Source: Trichosphaerium sp. ATCC 40318 (lineage: Eukaryota; Protista; Tubulinea). From it: a stretch of 32,413 nucleotides of DNA. The DNA lies in the NCBI GenBank assembly GCA_038496445.1, contig JALMLS010000135.1, positions 1 to 32,413 of the forward strand, written 5' to 3'. Under the pieces are notes generated by a model, which made no database searches, was not told where the DNA came from, and was given only the letters and a program-made list of their open reading frames with translations. The translations under genes were made by a program, and so were the position numbers. Shown in pieces: positions 12,778 to 24,951 of the stretch (position 1 is its first letter; every line of letters begins with the position of its first letter).

Positions 12778-13530
12778 TTGGACTCAGTGAGTTTATTAGA
12801 TATCCCACGTGAACTTCAACAGTATATTTGTACTTTCAACATGGAAGCATTTACAAAGTTTCATACACTATCAAAAAGAGCAGCAATCAATACACATTTT
12901 AATGAGGCATTAAAAAAGAAAGGACCATGGATACAGTGGTATAAAAGTGGAACAATTAAGCAACAGTGGATGTGGGTTGATGGTAAAAAGCATGGAGAAG
13001 CTAAGGGATGGTATGAGAACGGACAACTTAAGGAACAGTGGACATTTTCTAATGATAAACAGCATGGTGAATCTAGGGGATGGTATAAAAATGGTCAACT
13101 TGAAGAGCAGGGCATGTGGATTGATAATAAACTACATGGTGAGAGTAAGACATGGTATGCAAGCGGACAACTTAAGGACCAGTGTATGTGGATTGATGAT
13201 AACAAACATTGTGAGTGTAAATCATGGCATGAAAATGGACAACTTAAGGAGCAGTGTATGTGGATTGGTAAACGACATGGCAAACTCAAATATTGGCTTG
13301 AGAGTGGACAACTTTTGAAACAATGCTTTTTAGTTGATGGTAAACTGTTTGGTAAAAGAATGAAATGGTATTATAACGGACAACTTAAGGAACGCAGCAT
13401 GTGGGCTGATGGTAAACGGCATGGCAAGACTAGACTATGGCATAGGAATGGATTTTTTAAGGAAGAGTGTATGTGGATTGATGGTAACCGACTGTTAAAG
13501 TCACCTTTGAAAGTTGTTTGTGAGAAATAA
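12778..13530 (+). CDS. F-box-like motif + MORN-variant (MORN_2/YwqK-type) repeat protein
   Basis: LLDIPRELQQYIC followed by eight 24-aa units of type WYENGQLKEQxMWIDxKxHGExxx. The ORF start shown is TTG and the first in-frame ATG is 12841, so the true start is unresolved. Confidence 0.85.
   Translation: MDSVSLLDIPRELQQYICTFNMEAFTKFHTLSKRAAINTHFNEALKKKGPWIQWYKSGTIKQQWMWVDGKKHGEAKGWYENGQLKEQWTFSNDKQHGESRGWYKNGQLEEQGMWIDNKLHGESKTWYASGQLKDQCMWIDDNKHCECKSWHENGQLKEQCMWIGKRHGKLKYWLESGQLLKQCFLVDGKLFGKRMKWYYNGQLKERSMWADGKRHGKTRLWHRNGFFKEECMWIDGNRLLKSPLKVVCEK
12937..13500 (+). repeat. 72-nt coding tandem repeat (MORN-variant units)
   Basis: GG(A/T)CAACTT recurs at 13021, 13093, 13165, 13237, 13306 and 13378 (spacings 72, 72, 72, 69, 72). 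Confidence 0.9.
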
Positions 13531-13774
13531 GCTCCAAATTTACCCTGTTTACTCTGTATTATTTTCGCCTACTATTAGGTTCTCAGATTGAGATAAGTCT
13601 GCTGTATTTCGTCAAAAATATATTTGATTGGGTTAGGTTAGTTAGTTAAGATAATGTTGTTGTACTGTTTAATTAATGTATTTTTTCTTTAATTAGCTAT
13701 TTTTTTTTTTGTTTTATTGGATTACATTTAAAGTACATGGTATAATAGCTTGATTCTTCTGTCATTTTGTATTA

Positions 13775-16700
13775 TTATTTCGAATTCAAAGCTGTAACAG
13801 ATTTGAAATTAGTTGGATCTTCTAGACCTTTAACAACACGTTCAAGAAGTATTTTTGTAGGCTCATCTTCAGGGTAGACTTCAAGACATTTCTACAAAAA
13901 AAAAAAAAGAAAAAAATTAGCATTGGCTACAAGACATTAAAAAACACGTGAAAAACACGTGGTTGTTTTTAAGTACAAAGATATGACATTCAAAAAAGGC
14001 ATTTGCTGGAGTCATTGTATGATTGACGTACTTCAAACCAAGATTTGGCTTTCGCCAACTGTGAGTTTTTATAACTTTCGACACCTTGGTTAAAATTGGT
14101 GAGTATAGCTAGCTTCTTTTCTTTAATTTCAGGTCTGTGTAGGTTTTAGTACATGTATTTATAGCTTTCGAATTATTTTGAGTAAGCTTGGGGGTGGTTA
14201 CGTACGGATCAGCATCCATTACTTCGTATATCTTACAAGGCTTTTTTTTACCTTTTACAAAAACATAGTCTACAAGACGTAGATCAAAGTCATTTGCGTT
14301 TCCACCCATATCAGCCTTTGTACTCTCTGTAATGAGAATCCTTGCTTTGTATCTACAAGAAAATTACAAACCAGGTTATGAGGAGCTGTAAGCCTTTTAC
14401 AAACCAAAAAAAAAATGAAGATAACTTACTTTTTGCAAAGCGACTCAGTTCGCGATGCAAGATTTACAGCATCTCCAAGTGCAGTAGTCTCCATACGTGT
14501 ATCAGTACCGATAAGACCAATAATAACATCTCCGGTGTTTACACCAATACCAGTCTCGCTTTTAAGAGTAGGTAAAGATGCAGACATTTTATTCAGGTTT
14601 TCAATCATTTTGACGGCACATCTAACAGCAGACAAGGCGCTAAACAGTCTCAGCCAATGCACTTGAACAAACAAAACAATAAAAAATGTCACTGTACCGT
14701 TCTTGCTGTGTTCTTGTATCACTAGCAAACACACCTAAGAGCAGAGTGTTAGTAAGCATGCAAAGGAAAAAAAAAATTATGCTCCAACTTTTTGTTGTTG
14801 ACACTGTTTGACTTTGTTGGTACATACCCATTATTGAGTCTCCAATGAATTTATCTATAAATCCACCATACTGATAAATAGGTGCTATAGCAAAGGCGTT
14901 GTAATTATTAATCCATTCAATAACATCTTTAGGATCCATATCTTCTGTCATAGTTGTAAAATCTCGAATATCACTGAACAATACAGTAATACGATGTCTC
15001 CTAACCGAACAATTAGTATAAACCCTATCTCTGATCAAAATCAAGTTATTTCTGCTGTATTGCATTGCAAAACTATACGTTAGGCGATAGGTAGAGCTCC
15101 ACAAACTCGAAAAAAAAAGAGAAAAAAAAGAAGAAACAAACGGTTCAACATTCATTTTTTGAACTAAAACGAACCTATAATCTCCTAGCTTAACACAATC
15201 AAGACCTCTTGGAGCAATAAGTTGCTGATACTCCATTGGAATGAATTTACTAAACACAGGTGTGAGGCATGGCAAAAAAAAAAAAGAGCACAGTAAAAAA
15301 CTGATAATATTGTACCTGAACAGTTGTCTTAGACTCTCGAACTCACGCTCAAGTTTATATAGGTTCCTTGGTTGTTTAAAATGCGTCTCATTAACAGAAT
15401 GCACACGTTTACGTTCAACTTCATGAAGAATAGTTTCAAGCTTTTGGTTTGTAATAGGCATAGCAGCATACTCAGCAAACCCAAGTTTAATGGCAGCTTC
15501 CTCTTCTTCCTTGCTTGGATTCGAAGATAGAGCTATAATAGGTCTTGCCTAAAGAGACACAGTATGAGTTATAGAATACAAAGACAGTCAAGGACTCTAC
15601 GCGCGAAAAAAAAAAACAAGTGGAATTTCTAATGAAGAAAAAAGAGAAACTTGGGTTTTGGCGTACAGTTGGTGAAGCAAGCTCAATATCTTTCATGTCC
15701 AAGTTTATATGATAAAGTACTAAGTCTCTATCACTATGACAAGACCCTTTACTGACGTATGTGAGCTCTTTTGGTTTTCTTATACGGCTAATAATACATT
15801 CATGTCCTCTATCAACAACATCCTGATATAACTTGTTCGCCAACTCAGCATCATTGCTTAACACTAATACCTTCAAACCATAAACTCTCCTCACAACGAC
15901 ATTATCGGTAGGTAGTTTAGCGCCTCCCTAGTATAAAATATGAGCAAATAACATCATAAGAAACGTGAAAGAAGAGAAACGCTAAGACCAAAAAATACTT
16001 TTCTTAAGTTTGGGTTTGATGACGGGAAACAAGTCCGACATACGTGGATATGACTCTCGAGGTGTGTCTTTAGTTGAGGCAAATCAATAGGTTTAACCAT
16101 GACACATTTACATCCAGATCGGTACCACATTTCAGCATTGTGTGTCGATGTAGCAAAGCCAATGACAGGCTTTTGGAATTGCATGCCTTCATCTTTTTCA
16201 TAGCGACGAATGTCTACAAGACATCGACGTCCTGTCATAGTAGCAATATGTTCTGCCTTTAAAAAATGTTAGAAGGGGCCATATTGAGGTCAACAAGCAT
16301 AGCAAAGCGGGATGGAATATGAACGAGAAACCAATACTGAAAGGCGTAATTTTCCATTTTGAAAAAAAAACGAAAGGATGCATGACAAGCCATGTCACTG
16401 GTTTTAGAGTTTTTGGCAACATAATTAAACATAGGAGAGTTCTTACGATAACAATGACATCATAATGGTTGTATCGTGCTTTTACTGTATTCACCAACTA
16501 TAAAAGGTTAGAAACTGCACTGTAAGATATCTGTAAACAACTTACTTCTGTTCCAGATTCTGCATAATCAAACTCAAAGTTAGGTAACATCATTGACACC
16601 AATTTAAAGCTATTAAAAAGAAGTATTTAGCACGCAAATATTTGATATCAGATAAGAGAAGTAAAGACGTTTGAAAGGAACAAAGGGAACTATTTTTCAT

Positions 16701-19700
16701 AAAACAACTTATGATAAAAGATCGCTACCTGACAGTATTAGAATCAGCCCATAGAACTTTACATAGAGGGCCTTCTTTTACAGATACATCTGCATCTTTC
16801 TTTTCTTTATAGTTTCCAATAACAGTTGCGAATAAGTTCTCCAGCTCAAGTTTTTTTGCTGGCTTTATAAGAAAATGGTCCATACCAACTTCATTAGCTC
16901 TTTCAATGTCTTCAGGATCAGAAGCAGCTGATAATGCGACTATTGGCTTATGTTCTAATCCTTGACTTTTCTCCCATTCTCTTATCTTTTGAGTAGCTTC
17001 CCATCCATCCATCACAGGCATGAGGCAATCCATAAGAACAATATGATATTTTGAGTGATTTTTTTTATATTCATCAAGAACTTCTTTACCGTCCTTCACA
17101 CAATGGGATCTACAGAGTATGTTACTTTTGATATATTATTATAAAACGTACTGATGACCCATATTGGTCAACGTCTTTGTGAGTACTAATTGCTTGTAAG
17201 TACATAACTTTAAAGCCAAAAGAAAAAAAAAGAGAAAACCAAAATGCTTTCACTGTTGTTACAAAGTTACGCACCAATAATATTTGTTGGACTATCTTCA
17301 GCAACAAGTACTGATAAAGACATTTGTGATTTGATAGAGCCTAAGCAAATGAATTAAATCAATACCATAAAAAAACAGTAGCACAATAAATAATTGCTTG
17401 CAATGAAAAACTGCAAAAGTTCAATAACAGGTGAACAAAAACCCTTCATTCGCTTTTGAACATAACGATTCATCTTATGTTATTTTTTCCTCATGACGCT
17501 AATATAGCCGGAGATATGATACGATGAATTGTCATAAAAACTGCGAAATACCAGTTGAAAACGAATAAATAAATTTTCTCGGAAAAAAATAAGAATAAGA
17601 AACGTACCATCGATTAGAGCGCTATTCTTCTTTTTACCAATCAAAGAGCTCAATTTATCTCTAGAAATAGGTTTTGCTGCTATAACATCTACATGCTCTG
17701 GTTGCATAGAAGGTACATCCTTTGGATTCGGAGTTAAAACAATCTTTATATTTTTCAATTTTGGATTGAGCTTAACACGACGTGCATACGCTGCACCATT
17801 CACAACATTTTTACTAAAAAAAAATTATTAGTCTAAAGTAAATAGAATAGAGGCCGTGTTTTCAGCTGTAGTAGACAAACGTAGGTCAGAGTGATGGTAA
17901 TAATAAGTCATTAAGGTTCTTGAATTTTAGAACAAACGTACGCATCACTTTCTAATAACATGTCAAGCAATAGATGAGTATAAGGAGCGCCTTCTTCACC
18001 ACAACCATTCTAAATTTAATTAGCTCGAAAAAATTAACTTTACTTTGTAGGACAGTATTTTTCATGACGTACCACAAGTTGTTTATATGCTGACTCAGGG
18101 TTACTTTCAAAATTAGCTTCGGCAGCGCCAAGTTGTTTCAAAACATTGCAAAGCTCCTGGCCTAGTTCTTCACACCTCTGAACAACCAACACGCGTAAAC
18201 TTGGTAAAGAATTCCATTGTGCACAATCGGCAAAAGTCTCTACTGGAGATTTAAAAGTATACTGAGCGCTAAAAATATGTGTTATTAATTAGATATACGT
18301 GTTTTGAAAATAAACTTACGAAAAGCAAAAATGAGATCCAAGCTTGCTGTCTGTATTTTCTTGAGCGAGAGTATGCGTAGACTTTAATAGTGCTACTGAA
18401 CCATTCTTAAAAAGACGAGAAACTGATCTACAAGTAGCCAAACCAAGACCAACACCTATCAGTGTAAGTAAGAAAAAAATAGGAAAATTGACCAAGAAAA
18501 AACTATACCGCATCCAGGCTCCCTTGTCGTAAAGAACTGATGAAATATCTGATCGTGATGTGCCTTATTAATACCAGTTCCAGTATCACGTACATGAAAC
18601 TCTACAAAACTACTGTCTCTCATTTTAACTCTAATCCATACTTTTCCGTGATGTGTGAATGTTAATGCATTATCAATAAGTTGAGATAGAATGTAAGTTG
18701 TATGACTAGCACTTCCAAGTAATGTTGTAGGTACGTCATTATCAATTGTATAGAATAAATCAATATTCTTCTTATCTATTTTACCCTCTATGACTTTTTC
18801 AAGTACAGCAACAATGCTGAAGGGAGTTTGAATATCGCTTTTGGTCATCTTAGAAAATCGAATAAAGTCAACTGAAGTTGTAACAATTTTAAGCGTATTA
18901 TCAATAGACTTCTTCAATTGAGGTATTTGTTCTGTTATAGAAGCTAATGAAGCTGTGCCAGATTGGAAAAACTTAAAGTAAAATAAGCAAAAGGAGGTGT
19001 GAACAACTCAACAAGTTAGGAATAAAATAATTCAAAATAAATTACCTCCGCAAGCATAGAAGCCGGTGCCAGTTCGTTTCTCACGTGTCTACCCACAACC
19101 TCCAGTAAATCTGATTGATGATATCCTGCACTATCATTATCAAAGTCATCAAGTGGCGAGTGGTGATGTGGTCTCCCTGTTCTTGGTCGTTTAGGAAGCA
19201 CATAACTTTTCGAGTACACTCCTTGTGTTTTTCTTATTTCACCCAAAGTAGGTCTTGGTCTAAGTGGAGAAGACGGTGCTTTAAGTCCTCCTCTTGTAAG
19301 TTCACGTGGCTTAACGCTAGTTTCCATTGAAGAGCTCAATGTGCACAGAAGTGATAATACTTTCGCCAATACTACAAATATATACATTGTGTCTAATGGT
19401 ACTTCCACCATAGCTAATAGCTGCACAGCCTCGAAAAAAGCCATACTAAAGAGTGATATACCCAAAAAAATACTACCATCTACGTGCCAATGTAACATTG
19501 CAAACGCTATCGCAGTAGCATGCGTAGCTATAACATAGAATTCTGGAGATATCAACCAACTTGCGCTAAGCCCCATATTTTCAAGGCTTGCATGCGTTGG
19601 CCCTAATAACAACGCAACAGCTACAGTCTACAAAAAAACACCCAATAAATAAAATAAATCAACGTGTACGTAAAAAATAAATTCTTTTAAAAACGGTTTT

Positions 19701-20633
19701 TGAGCCACAAAGACAGTGTTGACACGTTTTACTTTTAATTTCATTCAAAAAAAATACGTAAAAATAAACCGTTTAACAAAGTTCAAAACAGTTTTTACGC
19801 TAAGAATATCAAGGCCGCTACGGTTCACAAGAAGAATGTGTTTTGATTATTTCAAATAATAAAGTAAAAAGCGTTCAGTTTTTTCGTGATGTACTACTAC
19901 CTGGCCGCATGTATATAATATTGTTATTAGATGCGCGGTACGTAAAGGTAAAATAAAATTCACGTTTTACAATTCGCTAACAGATTTTTGGCGAATTTTC
20001 TTTTTTTAGTCGTTATAAAAATCGTTATTGACATGTCGTTTTAAATGTATTGTACCATTAGAAATGCTTGATAATGCCAAACGTTTTTTGTTTTAGGACG
20101 GGCAATAGTTACTGAACCAACTACTCCAAGGCATCCAATAAGCGCTGAAATCTATTATTGTATTATTAGTGGGCGTTTTAAACGACTTTTATGAAAGAGC
20201 GTACAATAACAAACCCAATACTAAATGTAGAATGCATAAAGGCAAGATTCTTGGAGTAACGCCAAAACCAAATACGCACAAGCACCATGAAGGTGAACAA
20301 AGTTCGAAATTTTGTGTTTGATGAAGCATTTTTGGTTGAAGCAATACTAACCAGCCAAACAATAAGCGCAACGATGACGCCTAAAAACGTATTGTTATGA
20401 ACAGTTTGTCAGGTGGTATAAACGTGGATTATCCCATTACCTTCTAAACCTTGTTTTACACGCTCTTGCGCATTTTTTAGGCCGCTGAGTGCGTATAAAC
20501 CCATCAGACCAGAAACAAAACTAAAAACATTTTAATACATGACGCGACATGTTAAAGTGCCATTTGTGGCTCCTGTTTATCCGTACACGAATACTTTTGC
20601 GTTTTTAAGCACCATGGCGACGGCTTCTGATGG
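13775..20633 (-). CDS. Hybrid sensor adenylyl cyclase: multi-TM region, degenerate HisKA + HATPase_c, four receiver-like domains, class IIIb cyclase, TPR-like tail (AcrA/CyaC-like)
   Basis: Hydrophobic exons at about 19330-20630. H-box-like GRHVRNEL; N box LSQLIDNALTFT; G1 VRDTGTGI; F box IFHQFF; G2 GVGLGLA. Canonical receiver VLVAED...VLMDCLMPVMDG...IVALSA...FLIKP. Cyclase FSDIRDFT, DKFIGDSIM, GIGVNTG, RMETTALGDAVNLASR, VKGKKKP. TAA at 13777-13775. The gene extends further upstream and the start codon was not located. Confidence 0.9.
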
Positions 20634-21435
20634 CTAGGTACAAAAATAATATTTGTTTCGTCACAATCGCTTACAATACCAGCCTTGGCGTTTAGCTTAT
20701 AGATATTTAGTCGTTACTCACTCACATTTACCATGAATTGTGTTGACGGATGGCAGATACACAAAGCACCTCAAAACACCCAAAGCCACTCTTTGTGGTC
20801 GAGCGAGCGCAACAAGTACCTTTACGTGTATTTTGTTGTACGATTAACCAGTAAGTCTCTAAAGGTTTGAAATGAGTATTTTAGTGCGTATATCGTATGT
20901 ACATGTATTAGAGAACAAGAATCTTAATTTTTCGGCCAGTACCTCCACAGATATTGGCTAGAGTAGTATCATGGCGTAGGTATAATAAATTACGCAAATT
21001 AAAGCTGGTTTATTGCCATTTAAAGTATTTTGGTTACAAGGCGACATAATATTTAGGCAACACAACAGGTGAAGTCCAGTAACAACAATCGAAAGTGTCG
21101 TATGAAGAGATTAACGCAAAAGACAAATTTAACCCGCATGCTAAATAGACGTAATTGCGGAGGTAAGTGAGCGAATAAGCGATAGTCGAAGTCGTTTTGA
21201 AAATTCATCAAAGCATCAAAAGTTCAGTTTACTTATATGTCGTTAACTCACTGTTGCGCTGTCAACTTCACTTTCCGCCAAATAGGAGCTTTCCAAGTTA
21301 TTTTTTATTGACAACTACCCGTTTAAAATTTGTGTTGAGCGCAGCAATTATAGATGCAGTAGTATCTGCTCGCTTTGCCAGAGCCTTAGTACGATTCCAG
21401 GCTAGACTTCGGTCTAGTCATTTGGTCTAATTGCA

Positions 21436-24400
21436 TAGTGGTCAATGCACCGTATGCTCTTCGGAGTCTGGATCTTTTTTTGTTCAAGTGTTCACTGAGT
21501 TTGTCACCTTACGTGATAGAATGGCACTTAGGTACATTTTGTTCTTTGAATGCTCTTCAAAATTTGAATAGACTACATGATGTCTTACCATCCACTACTG
21601 TTAAAATGAGTGTATTTGCTCTTATTTTACCCTGCAAGCTTACGTACTTTAGCACATCGTAGATAACTGAACCGTTGCACCGCATTTACCGTATCATTTA
21701 TTACCATCTGTATCTTTTCTTCTTGATGGAAGCATAAACGCAATAGAAAATGTTGCCCCTTTCTATTTACATGGTGACGATGGACCTATCCCTAACGAAT
21801 GGCCTTCTAGTAATTTATACGGAAGACATACTCTTGCAGTAAAAGCACACTCTGGAGCAGGTGCAACAGGAAGAGCGTCTTCTACGTTTAACAGAAACTT
21901 TAAAAGTACAATATTTCTACTTCTTTTTTTTCTTTTCAACAACTAGCAAACCTTACTGTGTTTTAGTTGTCAATACTGTTGCTGGATCTGCACCTGGTAA
22001 AACGCAAGCTGAAAAATTCAACAGATTCTTGGATTCTTCCGCTGGCAATTCAGGTACTGTAACAAGCCTGTAACTTATTAATTTTGTAAGGCGGTGAATC
22101 ATGCGGAGCTGATCAAGGTACAAACAGAGTTGACTTGCAAAGAACCACTGATTCTGGCGGTGGTTGTAATGTTGGTTGGGTAACTTCTGGCGAATACTTT
22201 ATATCGACGGGTTCATTTAGAATCAACGCACGTGTTGCAGCAAGTGGTAGTGCAAGAAAGTCTTTCGACGTTCTTATTGACGGCAGCAAAAAAGCCACAA
22301 TCTCATTTACTGCTACTGGAGGTACGCTTTCTTTGCTTGACATTACAACTAGTGTTCTTACAACTTCTTTACAGGCCATCAAGTTTGGCGTACATACGGA
22401 GCTGATATTGGATCAGTATCTGCTGGCAAACATATCATTCGAATCAAGTTCAACGTTAATAGCTTAAACTTCAACTGGTTTGAAATTACAAGAAACGGTG
22501 GATCCACTCCTGCACCCCCATGACCAATGAGAACTGCACCTACAATTATAACAGATGGACATCGCTTTCATCCAGTCTATGTACGAACATTAGAGCCCAT
22601 CTTGCCCTTACACTTAGTCTCATTTGTTATTTTAGGTAACGTTTACTGGACCACAAAGAAGAGAGACTGACGCAGCCACTTTCACAAATTTCAGGCTTAA
22701 TTGCGTATTTAGACGTGGTGGCGGTTCGTGGACTATTCCTGGTTTCTTTGCTGCTGATGGTAACGCTGCTGAAACCTCAGCCACTTCCGGCAACAAATGG
22801 CGCTGTATTTTTACACCTCCATTCACAGGTGCGCTCTGGTTCTTGCTATAGAGAAGGCACATGTTGATTCCTCTTTAGGAACCTACTCTGTCACAGCTTC
22901 TTTTCGTACTGGTAACGACGTAGCAATGTCGCTCTCATCTACAGCTGGGCAAGTAACTTCTTTTAATGGTGCTTCTGGAACGTTCAATATTGGTGGCATA
23001 GGTGGTGATAAGAGGTAGTGTTGCACTGTTAACAATGAGAATAATCCCTTCTCATCAGCGTTGTAGGAACAACGGTATTCTAGAATACGTAGGCGAACAC
23101 TACATGCAATACTCAAGAACAAAAGACTACTTCATCAAGGGAGGTGCTGATTCTCCCGAAAACTTCTTGGGTACGATATTCTGTGTTGTTCGGGTCTCAA
23201 CTTCTTCTAACTTGGGTCTTAGCATACTATGAGTTTGATAATACGCCTAGTACTCATCGTTACAATCCACACGCACGTGATTGGAGATCTGGAGATCCTG
23301 TATTCAAAGGAAACAAGGGAAAGAATATTATCGGTGCTGTGAATTATCTCGCTTCAAAGGGAATGAACTCTATCTATTTCTTGACTATGAATGCTCCTTT
23401 GGGAGATGGTATGTGAGTACTAACCTTGTTTCTAAAGGTAAGGATGTGTACCCTTGGATCAACAAAAATGAACGTTTCAAGTTTGATGTGAGTAAATTGG
23501 CGCAATGGGATGTTGTATTTACGCATATGGACACTAAAGGTATGTTTCTACTACTACTCTCCTGCCGTGGTTCTTATCATTTCCGCAACAGGTGTTATGC
23601 TTCATATTGTTACTCAGGAAACTGAAAATGATCAACAACTTGATGGAGGTGCTTTGGGAAGACAAAGAAAAGTATACTACAGAGAACTTGTTGCTCGTTT
23701 TGGATACCATCCTGCAATCACGTGGAATCTTGGTGAAGAAAACACTAATACTGACTCTCAACGTTCTCAATTTACAGATTATATCGATAGATTGGATGCT
23801 TATAAGCACTTGATAGTTGTCCATACATACGGATCCGATCACGTATGTAGACGGCAGTTATTTGGTTTTTTCTCGAAATTTTAAAATCGTTCTCATATTT
23901 TTCTTTTTTCTTTAGGAGAAATCAAACTTCCTTGGAGCTTCTATTCAAACTAGGATAGATAATGTTGCTGCCGAAGTAAAAAATGGTGGCAAGCTACAGT
24001 ACGCCATTGGCGCCATACTTCCACGCTAACAAGCATTCGTAGGAAAGCAGAGGACCTAAATGGATTCTCACTTCTGATGAGATAGGACCTGCCCAGACTG
24101 GTGCCCTGACCCACCAAACGCAAATCATATTGAAGTTAGAACAAAAGTTCTTTGGGGATCCTCCTTCAAGATAATAAGTGAAGGAAACGAAGGAGATTTC
24201 TTTGACTTTCTTTTAGGTGGTGCCGGTTGTGAATGGTATTTTGGATACCAAGAAGCTCATAACGATCTCAACCTAGAAGATTTTCAGATCTCGTAACTCT
24301 GTTTGGGGCTGGACAAAACATGCTATCGATTTTATGCAAGGGTAAGGCATTCTTTATTATTGTAACAGTTTAGTTCAACTTTGTTTAGAATACCTTTTGT

Positions 24401-24664
24401 CAGTATGAGACCTTGTACAAGCAACTTGGGTAATGGTTATTGCTTTAAGCACTCTAGATTTTCGTGGTATCATTACCTACAGGTGGTACCTTGAACGTAG
24501 GAGCAGAGCTCGGTTCAGGTAGATGGGAGGCAATATTCTTTGATCCAAGAACTGGACAATACAGAGCTCCAAGAAGAGTAAGTAGCTCTAGGATTACTGC
24601 ACCAAACTCCCAAGATTGGGTTGCTATTGTAAAACCAGAGGGATACACTATTCCAAGAAACTAG
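21436..24664 (+). pseudogene. Disrupted spliced gene for a bacterial-type carbohydrate-active protein: CBM6-like + DUF5060 + glycoside-hydrolase-like barrel + Collagen_bind_2-like tail
   Basis: CBM6-like GGCNVGWVTSGEY...TGGHQVW...AGKHIIRIKF...NFNWFEI; DUF5060-like VTFTGP...PGFFAADGNAAETSATSGNKWR; core [61 protein letters not shown]...WNLGEEN; tail FFDPRTG...DWVAIV. In-frame TGA at 22521-22523, several frameshifts and an apparently lost donor. The 5' end is uncertain. Confidence 0.75.
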
Positions 24665-24951
24665 AAAGTATTAAACAATCTTGTCAGAATAAACACTTTA
24701 TTAGACATTGATTACTTTGCATGGGTTTTTCATCCTTGACACTGAGATCTTGGGCAATTGTAAATAGAATTAGTATCTCATGTGCTATTGAACGTAGAAC
24801 TGTAAAAAAAACTTACAATACGCACCGAGATGATATCTGAGAACCACATTCGTGTCGGCTACCATGTCAATGGAAAGGAAACTCATTACCTTTAATATCT
24901 TAAGCCCGATGCTAGTTTAAGTGACTTGGGATGTGCAATATTTGAGTTGTA

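Noticed and set aside
12947-13318. Alternative-frame and antisense ORFs over the MORN repeats (also 25169-25471)
   Set aside because: Shadow ORFs produced by the repetitive coding sequence.
12778-13530. Bacterial YwqJK toxin-antitoxin module suggested by YwqK-like repeats
   Set aside because: No adjacent toxin gene and a eukaryotic context. The similarity reflects the generic MORN-variant repeat.
22521-22523. In-frame TGA as selenocysteine or programmed readthrough
   Set aside because: It lies in a Pro-rich linker rather than a catalytic site, and the same gene carries several other lesions.
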